Notes under the pieces: model-generated
What the model saw: only the letters and a program-made list of their open reading frames with translations
Database searches by the model: none
What the model was told of the DNA's origin: nothing
Made by a program: the position numbers and the translations under genes
Shown here: one piece after another, positions 45,298-61,527 of the stretch
Numbering within the stretch: position 1 is the stretch's first letter
Layout: each line of letters begins with the position of its first letter
Assembly (NCBI GenBank): GCA_964430425.1
Contig: CAYSFX010000001.1
Coordinates: 30,419 to 92,692, forward strand
DNA length: 62,274 bases
Reading direction: 5' to 3'
From: an uncultured bacterium
Lineage (GTDB): Bacteria; Deinococcota; Deinococci; Deinococcales; Deinococcaceae

Positions 45298-45848
45298 GCG
45301 GCCTCGACTTCTCGGCAGGCTGCGTGAATTTCCGGGACGTGGGCGAGTTCCTGCGGCTTCTTTCCTCCCACGACTGGCTTCCGCCAGGGCGACTGCTGCG
45401 AGGGGGCAAGCTCGACTTCGTTGCCTCGCTGGATGAGATCGGCGCCCCCGGCACCATCGTCAACCTGCGCAGCGGTCCCGATCCGGCCCACCTGACCTCG
45501 GCCTCGCTGCATTTTCCCACTGCGAACGTACCGGAGGTCTACGACACTGCCGGACGGGAAGTGCGGCGCTGGCTGCGAGGAGTGGTGAGCGCGTTCGGAA
45601 CCGACCTGAAGTATCCGGTGCTGATTCACTGCACCTCCGGCAAGGACCGAACCGGCACCGTGGTCGCCGTGCTGCTCCACCTGCTGGGGGTACCGAAGGA
45701 CCTGATCGTGCAGGAGTACCTGCTCAGCGACGGCGAGGTGAAGGCCGAGTGGCTGGAGCAGGCCCTCTCCGGCATCGGAAATCCCGAGGTGTATTTCAAG
45801 GGCCTCGACCTCCCGGGAATCAGGAACAACCTGCGCGGCGGGGCATGA
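45294..45848 (+). CDS. Tyrosine-protein phosphatase (IphP/MptpB-like)
   Basis: NFRDVG and P-loop HCTSGKDRTG; GTGA overlap with the HD gene. Confidence 0.88.
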   Translation: MSGLDFSAGCVNFRDVGEFLRLLSSHDWLPPGRLLRGGKLDFVASLDEIGAPGTIVNLRSGPDPAHLTSASLHFPTANVPEVYDTAGREVRRWLRGVVSAFGTDLKYPVLIHCTSGKDRTGTVVAVLLHLLGVPKDLIVQEYLLSDGEVKAEWLEQALSGIGNPEVYFKGLDLPGIRNNLRGGA

Positions 45849-45895
45849 AAAATCCCCCTCCAGATAGGAAGGGGATACAGGGCAAGTACGGAGCT

Positions 45896-46576
<681 letters not shown>

Positions 46577-46603
46577 AGATGTTCACCTCCTTTTGGTCGG
46601 TGA

Positions 46604-46695
46604 GGGAGTGGGAGGTGGAGTCTGGAGAGCGGGAACAACCAGGGCACCAAGGCCCACCGGCTGTTCCGACTGCCCACTTCCCACTCCCGCCTTCC
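46604..46695. repeat. Intergenic palindrome built from degenerate heptamer repeats
   Basis: gggagtg-ggaggtg-gagtctg-gagagcg-ggaa ... ttcc-gactgcc-cacttcc-cactccc-gccttcc; the two arms are roughly complementary. Confidence 0.55.
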
Positions 46696-49859
<3,164 letters not shown>

Positions 49860-50028
49860 GAAATACTCCCTTGAACTGCTGGAAACGCTAAAAAGTGACG
49901 TTCTGGAGGCGGCCCCGAAGCGGCCGAATCCGGCCCGGACTTCTGGAAAAGGACACCATCTTGGGAGACATGGCCGTCAGCGGGAAGCTGAAGGTCGGGT
50001 GTAGGGCTGACGGCTGTTCTCCAGCATT

Positions 50029-50355
50029 TTAGAGCTTGATGTCGAAGCCGATGGTGTCGCGCACCAGCTTGCCCATGTAGGCCTTGGCGTCGACGGTATC
50101 GGGCGAGAAGGCGTCCTGAAGGCTCGGAATCGGCAACAGGATCGGCAGATCACGGCCGCGCATGGCCCGCTCGACCGCCTTGGCCGGATCGGGAATCAGC
50201 GACTGGTCGATGGCGATCAGACCGTAGTTGCCAGTCGTCACCATCTTCTCCAGCACCGCGACGGCCTCCTCGGGGGTGGCGTCGACCACTTCGCTGCCGG
50301 CCAGCCGGAACCCGGTGGCGCTCTCGGAGTCGGTCAGCACGACCACTTTCTGCAT
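50029..50355 (-). CDS. atpF: V/A-type ATP synthase subunit F
   Basis: ATGFRLAG, LVRDTIGFDIKL; start could be GTG 50364. Confidence 0.92.
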   Translation of the reverse strand: MQKVVVLTDSESATGFRLAGSEVVDATPEEAVAVLEKMVTTGNYGLIAIDQSLIPDPAKAVERAMRGRDLPILLPIPSLQDAFSPDTVDAKAYMGKLVRDTIGFDIKL

Positions 50356-50371
50356 GGTGCTCACGCCCACT

Positions 50372-51349
50372 TCAGCCATCCGACAGCTCCTTTTGCAGTT
50401 CCTCGCGGCTCAGGCCGTAGTACTTGGCCCGTCCGGTGAGGCGCAGCCGCGCGATCTCCTGCTCCTTGCGGCGCAGGTAGTCGAGCGCCACGCCCGGCCC
50501 CAGCGGGTCGCTCATGGCCACCGCGCGGGCCGACTCGTTGAGCATCCGGCGCGCGATGGCCTCGGACACGCCCAGGTCGGTCGCTTCCAGAATCGGGGCG
50601 AGGTCGCTCGCCGTGCCGTTGTCGCCGCCCGCGATGCGCAGGAAGTCGCTTTCGGTCACGTCGCGGCCGCCGGGAATGAAGTAACGGCTCTGGGCCGCGC
50701 TTCCCCGCAGCTGCCGGGCGATCAGCAGGTTACGCACGTCGATCTCGCGGGTGAAGTACCGCCGCACCGCCGCGCCGCGCACGCCCGCCAGCACCGTGCG
50801 GTAGTAGCCCTGGTCGAGCGCCACTTCGAGGTCGAGCATGGTGTTGGCGCCACCCGAAACGGCCGTTCGCAGCACGCCACCGAGCTTGCCGCCGGCCACG
50901 CTGAGCGTCTGCGCCAGCGAAGGCACGTCGGCGCTCTGAGCGGCTGCCTGAAGCGAGCTCCAGGGAATGGTGCCGGCCGGAATCATGCCGCCCACGATGT
51001 CGTCGGCGTTGCGGCCGGTCAGGATGCCGCGCACCAGCGTCTTGATGTTCTGGAGGTCGTAGCGCAGCAGCAGCGCCTCGACTTCCTGGGCCGGCTGTCC
51101 GGTGACGATGCTGCGCAGCTTCTGCACACTGCGCAGATAGTTGCGGCTGAGCGCCTCGTCGAGTTGCCCCAGGCCCGCACCCTGCGCCGTGGCCTCACCG
51201 AGGTCTTCGCGCAGGGAGGTCTCGGACAGCTGACGCAAATACTCGGGGTAGGTGGCGGCGTTCTGCACCTCGTCGAGGGCGCGGCTTTCCAGCAGCTCCA
51301 CCCGCATCATGCGAACCCGCCCGTTGATGTATCCGTAGGGGTTGTTCAT
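50372..51349 (-). CDS. atpC: V/A-type ATP synthase subunit C
   Basis: YGYINGRVR, YDLQNIKTLVRG, EIDVRNL, KEQEIARLR; operon position. Confidence 0.92.
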   Translation of the reverse strand: MNNPYGYINGRVRMMRVELLESRALDEVQNAATYPEYLRQLSETSLREDLGEATAQGAGLGQLDEALSRNYLRSVQKLRSIVTGQPAQEVEALLLRYDLQNIKTLVRGILTGRNADDIVGGMIPAGTIPWSSLQAAAQSADVPSLAQTLSVAGGKLGGVLRTAVSGGANTMLDLEVALDQGYYRTVLAGVRGAAVRRYFTREIDVRNLLIARQLRGSAAQSRYFIPGGRDVTESDFLRIAGGDNGTASDLAPILEATDLGVSEAIARRMLNESARAVAMSDPLGPGVALDYLRRKEQEIARLRLTGRAKYYGLSREELQKELSDG

Positions 51350-51366
51350 TTTTCTACACCCCCCTT

Positions 51367-51936
51367 TCAGTCGTTCAGCAGGCGCGACACCTGGCCGCTC
51401 AGCGTCTCCCGTCCGGCCTGGAGACGGCCGAGCAGGGTGTTCTGAAGGCTGGTCTTGCCGCCCGCACCCACCAGACGCACGCCGGTCGAGACGCTGTCGT
51501 TGGGGCGAACGTCGAGGTGCAGGCCCAGGTTCTGGGCCGCCTGACGCACCGCGTCGAGTTCGGCCGGGTTGGCCTCGATCACGTCGGCGCTGGGCAGGGC
51601 GGCGTGGGCCTCCTGCAACAGCCGCGAAAGGATGGCCGGGTACTCCGGGTGACGGGCGGCGGCACGCAGCTGGGTCTCCGCCTCGACGAACGCCCGGCTC
51701 TGCAGGGTGTTGGCGGCATTGAGCTGCTGGGCGTTGCCGTCGAGGTTGGCGGCGCTGCGGGCGCGGGTCAGGGCGGCGGTCTTCTCGCTTTCCAGCAGGC
51801 GGCGGCGGCTCTCGATCATGGCGTCGGCCCGTTCCTGGGCCTGCGCGACGATGGTGGCAGCCTTCTGGCTGGCCTGCTGCTGAATCGACGCGATCTCGCC
51901 CGCGACTTCCTGCTCGAGGATCTCTGCAAGGCTCAT
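51367..51936 (-). CDS. atpE: V/A-type ATP synthase subunit E
   Basis: N-terminal coiled coil, TGVRL...NTLLGRL; operon position. Confidence 0.9.
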   Translation of the reverse strand: MSLAEILEQEVAGEIASIQQQASQKAATIVAQAQERADAMIESRRRLLESEKTAALTRARSAANLDGNAQQLNAANTLQSRAFVEAETQLRAAARHPEYPAILSRLLQEAHAALPSADVIEANPAELDAVRQAAQNLGLHLDVRPNDSVSTGVRLVGAGGKTSLQNTLLGRLQAGRETLSGQVSRLLND

Positions 51937-51946
51937 GTCAATGGCC

Positions 51947-52258
51947 TTAGCGGAGGAGGAAGAAACCGACGAAGCCGAAGATCACCAGGGTCTCGGGGAT
52001 GAAGAACCAGATGGCCATCTGACCGAACTTCTCGGGGCGCTCGGCGGTGACGCCGGCGGCCGCCGCACCGATCGGGCCCTGGGCGAGACCCGTGCCGACC
52101 GCGCCCAGGCCGAGGGCCAGGCCCGCGCCGATGGCCTTGAGGCCGGCGTCGCTGGCGCTGGTGGTGGTGCCCGCTTCCTGCGCGAAGGCGGTGCTGGCGA
52201 CGGTCAGGGCGGTGAGGGCGGGCGCGTACTTCACGAGCTTCTTGGTGATGTTCTTCAT
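51947..52258 (-). CDS. atpK: V/A-type ATP synthase proteolipid subunit K/c
   Basis: Signal-like leader, GAGLALGLGAVGTGLAQ, IPETLVIFG with the ion-binding Glu. Confidence 0.93.
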   Translation of the reverse strand: MKNITKKLVKYAPALTALTVASTAFAQEAGTTTSASDAGLKAIGAGLALGLGAVGTGLAQGPIGAAAAGVTAERPEKFGQMAIWFFIPETLVIFGFVGFFLLR

Positions 52259-52325
52259 GGGATTCCTCCGGAATTGGGGTGGTGAACGCTCAAACAGATG
52301 GTGGGCCGTCGAGGGTGAAGCGCGC

Positions 52326-54374
52326 CTACTTTCTCAGGCTGGCTCTGGCGAACGGGTTGTACCGAATGCCGTTTTCCTGGTAGAAGCCGGTCGGGTTGAG
52401 GTACTCGACCCACAGCAACCTGATCGGCTGCATGACGTGGCCCAGGATGGTGAGGGCGAACAGGAAGGTGTGCACGATGAGACCGACGATGATGCCCAGA
52501 ATCGGCCCGATGACCGGCAGCACGCCGCCCAGGCCCCAGCCCACGTCGGTGGCGAGGTTCGCCAGGATGGCGGCGGCCACGCCGACCGCGAACAGTCGGG
52601 TAAAGCTGATGATGTTGCCGCCGTTCGAGAGGATCTCGATCAGCATCAGCGGGTTGCGGGCCATGACCAGTCCGATCAGGAAGATCACGAAGCCGATGAG
52701 CATCACGATCACCAGCGGGCTGCTGAAGTTCGAGAGGGCGCCGAAGTCGCGTCCCGCCTTGCTGATGAAGGCCAGCAGGATCAGGCCGATGAGGCCGGCG
52801 AACATGCCGATGGCCTCGTAGGCGTGGTGCATGTTGCGGTGCTTGAGGGTGAGCTGCGTGCGCAGACCCCAGCTCCAGAGGACGAAGATCACGCCCAGCG
52901 CGATGCAGATGAGCAGCAGCGTGGTGGCGAACTCGGGCAGCACGCGCGGCAGCAGGATCGGGATGAGCCCGGTCTCGTGCTCGGCAGGAGCCAGAGTGAC
53001 GCCCCAGAAGCGCTGAATCAGGCCCGGGTCAACGAAGAACACGTGCAACTTCTCGAGGATGTTGCCGAAGAACTCGCCGGTCAGGAAGCCGAACAGGATG
53101 CTCCAGAGGCTCATGGTGCGCAGCACGTAGCCGACCTGATACAGCGTGGCCGGGTCGAGCGTGATGCCGAGCAGCCCGATGGGCAGGCTCTGGCCGCTCT
53201 TGCTCTTGCCGATCATGTAGCACGCGGCGATCAGGAACAGCGACCCGAAGCCGATGTCGGCCACGATGAAGCCGAAGAAGATCGGGAAGAAGAAGGCGAC
53301 CACCCACGAGGGGTCGAAGGTGCCGTAGCGGGGCGGGTCGGAGATGTTGAGCAGGAACTCGAAGTTGCGGGTGTAGTCGTTGTTCTTGAGCTGCACCGGA
53401 ATGCTTCCTGCGTTGTGGTGCTCGTCGACCGCGCTCAGCTCGGTCAGGACGCCGTTGCCGAAAGGCGCCAGCGCCGCGTTCATTCCGGCCACGCGGTCTG
53501 CGGGCACGTAGCCCTGCAGCACGAAGCCGTATTTGCCACGGGCGGTCTGGGCGCGCGCGTCGTCGATGGCGACCCGGTCGGCCAGCGCATCGCGGATGCT
53601 CAGCAGCACCGGGCCGTGCTGATCGGCCAGCCGCTTCTTCTGCGACTGCACGTCGGCGAGTTCGGCGTCGCTGTTCTTGCCCACGCGCTCGAACTCCTGC
53701 ACCACGCCGCTCAGGGGCATGGCCTCGAAGCGGCCGGGCAGTCTCAGCTCACCCAGGCGGGCCTTGCTGAGCGCCGAGCGGGCCCGCTCACGGTCGGCGG
53801 CCAGCACGGCCACCACCACGGCCGTCTGGTTGTCGCGCACCGGGGCGCTGCTCATGGCATAGCGGTCGCCGAGTTCGGCGCGCAGCGCGGCGTCGGCGGC
53901 CTGAAGCTCTTCCGGCTTCTCGGTGGTCAGCGACAGCACCGCAAAGCGCGGCCGCTGGTCGAGGCCGGACGCCAGCCGCGCGAGTACCGCCGCCACGTCG
54001 CCGTAGGTCCGGCGGGCGTCGAGGTCACTGCGCAGAGCGGCTTCACGGTCTTCGAGCGCGGAGGCAGGAGTCGCCACCGCCTCGACCGTGCTCGCCCACT
54101 GGCTCTCGTCTTGCAGCGCGGCGCGGGGCGCGTTTCTCAGCACCCCGATCTGCGCCAAGCTGCTCTCACTGCGGGCCAGCAGCCGCTCGGACTCGCGGCG
54201 CTCGTCGGCCGCCGCGCCGCCCAGAGGGCCGGTCTGGAAGCTGGCGCCGCCACCGACATTGGAGGTGTCGACCGGAACGATGTGCAGCACGCCCGCCGTC
54301 TGGAGGGCCTGCATGATGGCGCGGCTGTCGCGCTGACGGCCCGCCACCACCACCTGCTGCATCTGGTTGATCAA
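52326..54374 (-). CDS. atpI: V/A-type ATP synthase subunit I
   Basis: TTG start; PRYGTFDP, FFGFIVADIGFG, SFTRLFAVG, IRLLWVE. Confidence 0.94.
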   Translation of the reverse strand: MINQMQQVVVAGRQRDSRAIMQALQTAGVLHIVPVDTSNVGGGASFQTGPLGGAAADERRESERLLARSESSLAQIGVLRNAPRAALQDESQWASTVEAVATPASALEDREAALRSDLDARRTYGDVAAVLARLASGLDQRPRFAVLSLTTEKPEELQAADAALRAELGDRYAMSSAPVRDNQTAVVVAVLAADRERARSALSKARLGELRLPGRFEAMPLSGVVQEFERVGKNSDAELADVQSQKKRLADQHGPVLLSIRDALADRVAIDDARAQTARGKYGFVLQGYVPADRVAGMNAALAPFGNGVLTELSAVDEHHNAGSIPVQLKNNDYTRNFEFLLNISDPPRYGTFDPSWVVAFFFPIFFGFIVADIGFGSLFLIAACYMIGKSKSGQSLPIGLLGITLDPATLYQVGYVLRTMSLWSILFGFLTGEFFGNILEKLHVFFVDPGLIQRFWGVTLAPAEHETGLIPILLPRVLPEFATTLLLICIALGVIFVLWSWGLRTQLTLKHRNMHHAYEAIGMFAGLIGLILLAFISKAGRDFGALSNFSSPLVIVMLIGFVIFLIGLVMARNPLMLIEILSNGGNIISFTRLFAVGVAAAILANLATDVGWGLGGVLPVIGPILGIIVGLIVHTFLFALTILGHVMQPIRLLWVEYLNPTGFYQENGIRYNPFARASLRK

Positions 54375-54688
54375 GGGAGCACCGCCCGCATGATCGTCTC
54401 GACGGCCTGCTGAAGCTTGCCCTCGGCCCGCTCACGGGTGGCCTGCGCCTGAGTGGCGGCCTGACTCTGGGCCTGGCTGCGAATGCCCTGCACCTCGGTC
54501 TCGAGCGCCCCCTCGTGCTCGGTGGTCATAGCCTGCATGCGTCCCTCGGCCTGTTGCAGAATCTGCGCCGCCTGGGCTTCCGCGGCCTGTATCTGCTGTG
54601 CGGCTGCCGTGTGGGCGGCCTCGATCTTGGCATCGAGCGCCTGCTCACGTGCGGCAAGTTCGCTCAGAACCCGACTTGAAGCGTCCAA
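54371..54688 (-). CDS. V/A-type ATP synthase subunit G/H (peripheral stalk)
   Basis: TTG start after RBS AGGAGG; Ala/Gln/Glu coiled coil ending AVLP; first gene of the operon. Confidence 0.85.
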   Translation of the reverse strand: MDASSRVLSELAAREQALDAKIEAAHTAAAQQIQAAEAQAAQILQQAEGRMQAMTTEHEGALETEVQGIRSQAQSQAATQAQATRERAEGKLQQAVETIMRAVLP

Positions 54689-54923
54689 ATTCTCCCTCCT
54701 TTCCTGGTGCTCCAGGCTGCCATACGTTCCGTGCATCAAGACACCGCGCCGCCAGGGCGTGGTGTTCGGGATTCACAGAAATTGGTGATGCCCGACGAAC
54801 CTTGAATGTCAAGCTCGTTGCTATCTTATCACAGGCTTTTCCCGCTACAGAACGGGACAAGCATCCCGGCACGCGGGCTGAACCCGGTTCACAGGCAGGC
54901 CGAGGGGCGAACGAGGAAACCAT

Positions 54924-54958
54924 AAAAGTGGCGGGGAGATGCACTCCCCGCCACTTTT
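54924..54958. terminator. Bidirectional-type intrinsic terminator
   Basis: aaaagtggcggggag-atgca-ctccccgccactttt perfect stem flanked by A and T runs. Confidence 0.8.
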
Positions 54959-55021
54959 CGTCTTTAGATTGTGCTGTCTAGATGAGGAGAGGCTATAGGC
55001 TCCCTCAGAGAACGCCGGGGC

Positions 55022-56521
<1,500 letters not shown>

Positions 56522-56719
56522 GGACGCGTCCTCCGTGGAATCGGGTGCAGGGTTTATAGAGAGCCGCCCAAACAGTCTCCGGGCAGCGGTCTCTAAAGCA
56601 TTGCAGTTTAACAGTGGGCCGCTCGGCGTGGTAGGGCTTACGGCACAGTTGGCACTGCCCAGTCGAAGAGACCAAACACCCGTGACACTCCCCTGACACA
56701 GCCTCTAGAATGGGCGCTC

Positions 56720-57523
56720 ATGTCCACCCTGGAGCAGACCCGCAAGGCCCGGCCGGCCCGCGAATGGGCCTCCGAGCGCGTGTTCCGGCCGCTGGCGCAG
56801 GGTCTGGTCGATCCGGCGGCGAGGCTGGGCCTCCGGCCGGAGGGCATCGTGATGTTTCACACCGCGCTCGGGCTGCTGGCCGCGTGGCAGCTCGCGCACG
56901 GCCGCACCTTCCTGAGTGCCCGCCTCTCGCCGGCCCTGCTGCTGCAGCTCAAGACGGTGCTCGACGGCCTCGACGGTCAGCTGGCGCGGGCCACCGGACA
57001 GACCAGCGAGACCGGGCGCTACCTCGACACCGAGATGGACGTGGTGGTGAACGCCGCGCTGCTGGTGGCGCTGCTGGGCCGGCGAAAGGGCGCGGCGGCC
57101 ACGCTGCTGCTGAGCCTGATCCTGAGCACCGACTACCTCTGGGAACGCGACTACCGGCAGGCCAGGGGCGAACTCTTCCGGGAGGCGCCCGCCGAGGCTG
57201 GAGACCGGCCGCTGCTGCTCGCGGCCCTGAAGACGGCCTACCGCCTCTACTTCGCGCCGCAAGAACGGCTGCTGGGCGCGGTCTTCGGCGCTCGGCTGCG
57301 GCGAGTGACGGGCGGCGAACCCGGCGCGTCCGACCGGGTGGCCTACACGCCGCTGCTGACCGGACAGGTGGCGAGCAACCTGGGCCTCTCGACGCAGCTC
57401 CTCGCACTGGGTGCCGCGCTGCTGCTCGGCCGACCGGGGCTGTACACCGCGTCGCTGCCGCTGCAGGCCGGGGCATTGGCGGCCTTGCAGCTGTGGCGCG
57501 AGCGCGAGGTGAGACGCCGCTGA
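56720..57523 (+). CDS. CDP-alcohol phosphatidyltransferase family protein
   Basis: [26 protein letters not shown] signature; leaderless -10 TAGAAT. Confidence 0.9.
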   Translation: MSTLEQTRKARPAREWASERVFRPLAQGLVDPAARLGLRPEGIVMFHTALGLLAAWQLAHGRTFLSARLSPALLLQLKTVLDGLDGQLARATGQTSETGRYLDTEMDVVVNAALLVALLGRRKGAAATLLLSLILSTDYLWERDYRQARGELFREAPAEAGDRPLLLAALKTAYRLYFAPQERLLGAVFGARLRRVTGGEPGASDRVAYTPLLTGQVASNLGLSTQLLALGAALLLGRPGLYTASLPLQAGALAALQLWREREVRRR

Positions 57524-57593
57524 GCGCCCGCCTGGGCAGGCGATCGCTGGACATCCCACACCCGTGGTGCCCGGCCCGCGTTAGCCTGCCTTC

Positions 57594-58049
57594 ATGAGCG
57601 AGCCTGCGACTTCTCCTTCGACAGCCCATCGGCCCCAGGTGTGTGTGGGCGCCCTCGTGCGCGGCCCGGACGGACGCTACCTGATCGTGCGGACCACCAA
57701 ATGGAAGGGGACCTGGGGAGTCCCGGGCGGCAAGGTCGAGTGGGGTGAGACCCTCGAGGCGGCGACCCTGCGCGAGTTCAGAGAGGAGGTAGGCCTCGAC
57801 CTGCACGCGCTGAGCTACGCGCAGACGCAGCAGGCGGTGCTGAGCGACGAGTTCTGGAAGCCCGCGCACATGCTGCTGATCGACTTCCTGGCGCAGACAG
57901 ACAGGAGCGAGATCGTGCCCAACGAGGAGATCGAGGAGAGCGCCTGGGTGACGCTCGAACAGGCGGCTGCGTATCCGCTCAACAGCTTCACCCGCACGCT
58001 CATCGAGCATGCCCAGCGGCTGGAGCACCGGCAGCTGGAGCAGGCATGA
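57594..58049 (+). CDS. NUDIX hydrolase
   Basis: [25 protein letters not shown]; leaderless -10 TAGCCT. Confidence 0.9.
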   Translation: MSEPATSPSTAHRPQVCVGALVRGPDGRYLIVRTTKWKGTWGVPGGKVEWGETLEAATLREFREEVGLDLHALSYAQTQQAVLSDEFWKPAHMLLIDFLAQTDRSEIVPNEEIEESAWVTLEQAAAYPLNSFTRTLIEHAQRLEHRQLEQA

Positions 58050-58789
58050 AGGCGAGCGGCGCAAAGGGCAAGGCCGCGCTCGTCACCGGGGCGGCCAGGG
58101 GCATCGGGCGCGGCGTGGCGCTGACGCTGGCTGAGGCGGGGTTCGACGTGGCGATCTCGTATCTCGGCAGCAGAGACGACGCCGCCGAGACGGTGGAGAT
58201 GATCGAGGCGCTGGGAGCCCGCGCCGCCATGATCCGCGCCGACGTGACCGTGCCGGAGGAAGCGGCGCGCCTGGTCGAGACCGCCCACCGGCAATTTCTG
58301 GAGCAGGGAGGCGGCGGCCTCGGCGTGCTGATCAACAACGTGGGCAACTACATCCACAAGCCGCTCGACGAACTGGAGATCGGCGAGTGGCACGCGATGT
58401 TCGACAGCAATCTGCACAGCACCTTCTATACCTGCCGCGCCGCCCTGCCGATTCTGCGGGCGGGCGGGTACGGACGCATCGTGAACATCGGCTACGCCGG
58501 AGCGCAGCACCTGCTGGCGCGGCCCGGCATCCTGCCCTACGTGATCGCCAAGAGCGGCGTGATCGCCCTGACGGTGGCCATCGCCAAGGCCGAGGCGGGC
58601 ACCGGCATCAGCGCCAACGTGGTGAGCCCCGGCATCATCGAAACGAGCGTGTCGCAGCCGGTGCGCGAGATTCCGGCGGGGCGGCTGGGCACGGTGCAGG
58701 AACTGGCGGGCGAGGTGCTGCACTTCGTGCAGGCGAGCGACTACGTGACCGGCCAGATCAGCGAGGTGGCCGGCGGCTGGAACCTGTAG
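58046..58789 (+). CDS. SDR oxidoreductase, probably a pteridine/dihydrofolate reductase (TmpR/FolM-like)
   Basis: [17 protein letters not shown] (YxxxK); ATGA overlap with the NUDIX gene. Confidence 0.75.
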   Translation: MKASGAKGKAALVTGAARGIGRGVALTLAEAGFDVAISYLGSRDDAAETVEMIEALGARAAMIRADVTVPEEAARLVETAHRQFLEQGGGGLGVLINNVGNYIHKPLDELEIGEWHAMFDSNLHSTFYTCRAALPILRAGGYGRIVNIGYAGAQHLLARPGILPYVIAKSGVIALTVAIAKAEAGTGISANVVSPGIIETSVSQPVREIPAGRLGTVQELAGEVLHFVQASDYVTGQISEVAGGWNL

Positions 58790-58811
58790 CCGCGCGGCGC
58801 ACAATGAACGC

Positions 58812-59402
58812 GTGACGATTTCCTCTTCCGGCCGCCCCCTCGACCCGGCCCATCTGCACCTCAGCCGCGACCCGGTGATGGCCGGCCTGATCGGGCGGCA
58901 CGGCCCACTCGACCCGCTGTTGCCCTCGCCCGACCCGTTCACGGCGCTGGTGCGGGCGGTGCTGGGGCAGCAACTGAGCGTGAAGGCAGCGGCCAGCATC
59001 GCCCTGCGGCTGGAGAGCGCCACCGGCTCCGATCCGGCCCGCATCCTGGCGCTCGACCCGGGCGACCTGCGCGGCCTGGGGCTGTCGTGGGCCAAGGTGC
59101 GCACCGTGCGGGCCATCGCCGACGCTGCCCTGAGCGGCCAGATCGACTTCGCACACCTGACCACCCTGCCCGACGACGAGGTGATCGCCGCGCTGCTGCC
59201 GCTGCCGGGCATCGGGCGCTGGACCGCCGAGATGTTCCTGATGTTCTCGCTGGCCCGCCCCGACGTGTTCTCGTTCGGCGACCTGGGGCTGCGGCGCGGC
59301 CTGGAGCACTTCTATCCGGGTCAGACGCCGGACGACCTGCTCGCCCGCTGGTCTCCCCACCGCACGCTGGCCGCCCGCTACCTGTGGCTGGCCCGGCCCT
59401 GA
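58812..59402 (+). CDS. DNA-3-methyladenine glycosylase (AlkA/HhH-GPD family)
   Basis: GQQLSVKAA, LPGIGRWTAEM, DLGLRRG, WSPHRTLAARYLW. Confidence 0.92.
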   Translation: MTISSSGRPLDPAHLHLSRDPVMAGLIGRHGPLDPLLPSPDPFTALVRAVLGQQLSVKAAASIALRLESATGSDPARILALDPGDLRGLGLSWAKVRTVRAIADAALSGQIDFAHLTTLPDDEVIAALLPLPGIGRWTAEMFLMFSLARPDVFSFGDLGLRRGLEHFYPGQTPDDLLARWSPHRTLAARYLWLARP

Positions 59403-59495
59403 ACGCTGACCTGGGCGGGCGCGTGGCCGCTCATATGTTCACTCCCCCCACCGCGTGAGATGTTTGACAGCAAACTTGCGGTATTGTGAGCCATA

Positions 59496-60182
59496 ATGAA
59501 TTATCCCAGCCTGGTGTGGCATCTCAAACGCACAGAGCTGTTCGCCGATCTGGAACTGAACGAACTGGAGAAGGTGGCGGCGACGACCCCCTACCGCTCG
59601 TACCAACCAGGCGAGGTCGTCTACCGCATGGACGACCCGGCCGACGCTCTGTATTTCGTGCGCAGCGGGCTGATCAAGATCAGCAAGCTCTTCCCCAACG
59701 GCAAGGAGGCGATTCTGAGCGTGGTCGGGCAACACGACACCTTCGGCGAACTGCTGCTGCAACCGGAAGAGCGCCGCCCCACCCAGGCCGAGGCGCTCGA
59801 ACGCACCACCCTGATCGTGCTGCCGCGCACTGAGCTCCAGAAGCTGCTGGCCCTCAAGCCCGACCTCGCCATGAAGCTCATCCGGCTGATGGCCGCCCGC
59901 TTCTTCGAGGCGCAGGCCTGGACCGCCGAGGTCAGTGCCTACAGCGCCCCGGAGCGCGTGGCGAGCCTGCTGTACCGCCTCGCCCGCGAGTTCGGCCGCA
60001 CCCACCCACAGGGCACCGAGCTGGCCCTGAAACTCAATCAGGAAGACATCGCCCGCATGGTCGGGGCGACCCGCGAAACGGTCAGCCACTCGCTCGGCAA
60101 GCTGCGCGACGAGGGCGCCATCGTGCGCGCCAGGACACCGATCATCGTCAACCTCGACTCGCTCAGGAGATACCTGGAGTAG
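59496..60182 (+). CDS. Crp/Fnr family transcriptional regulator
   Basis: cNMP-binding domain (LYFVRSG, FGE); HTH QEDIARMVGATRETVS. Confidence 0.93.
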   Translation: MNYPSLVWHLKRTELFADLELNELEKVAATTPYRSYQPGEVVYRMDDPADALYFVRSGLIKISKLFPNGKEAILSVVGQHDTFGELLLQPEERRPTQAEALERTTLIVLPRTELQKLLALKPDLAMKLIRLMAARFFEAQAWTAEVSAYSAPERVASLLYRLAREFGRTHPQGTELALKLNQEDIARMVGATRETVSHSLGKLRDEGAIVRARTPIIVNLDSLRRYLE

Positions 60183-60201
60183 ACACGACCGGAGGGGAGC
60201 C

Positions 60202-60465
60202 TTGAGCATTCAAGTGCACTACATCGAGGGCCACACCACCGCCGCAGACGGCGAGTTGCGCCAGCGCCTCTCCGACCTGATGGCGGGTCTGGGCCACCTG
60301 CCCGGCTTCATGAGTGCCGACCTGCTGTGTTCGCCGGCGCAGCCGCACCTGTGCCTGCTCGAAAGCCGCTGGGCCGGCAGCGTGCCCGACCTGGAGATTC
60401 CGGTCGGGTGCAAGTCGTGGGTGTTCACCGTCACCGAGAGCTGGACACCGCCTCCGCAGGCCTAG
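60202..60465 (+). CDS. Antibiotic biosynthesis monooxygenase (ABM)-like small protein
   Basis: TTG start after [15 protein letters not shown]...LLESRW. Confidence 0.7.
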   Translation: MSIQVHYIEGHTTAADGELRQRLSDLMAGLGHLPGFMSADLLCSPAQPHLCLLESRWAGSVPDLEIPVGCKSWVFTVTESWTPPPQA

Positions 60466-60623
60466 CAGGACTCCTCTACGGCCCTGCGGCGCAGCTGATC
60501 GTAACTTTAGACAGCCTGACCCTCCCCCACCCCGGCGCTATCATGAGCCGTTATGCGCTGCCACCTGCTCCGTTCCCGGTCACTCTGCTCACCGCCGGCC
60601 ACCACTGCGAACGGAATCTCCGC

Positions 60624-61523
<900 letters not shown>

Positions 61524-61527
61524 TCCG

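Noticed and set aside
51935..54413. Long antisense or alternate-frame ORFs (e.g. 52047..54413 +, 46579..48159 +, 8763..10619 +, 12003..13841 +, 38143..39762 -)
   Set aside because: These are shadow ORFs typical of high-GC DNA. They overlap well-supported genes and carry no recognisable motifs.
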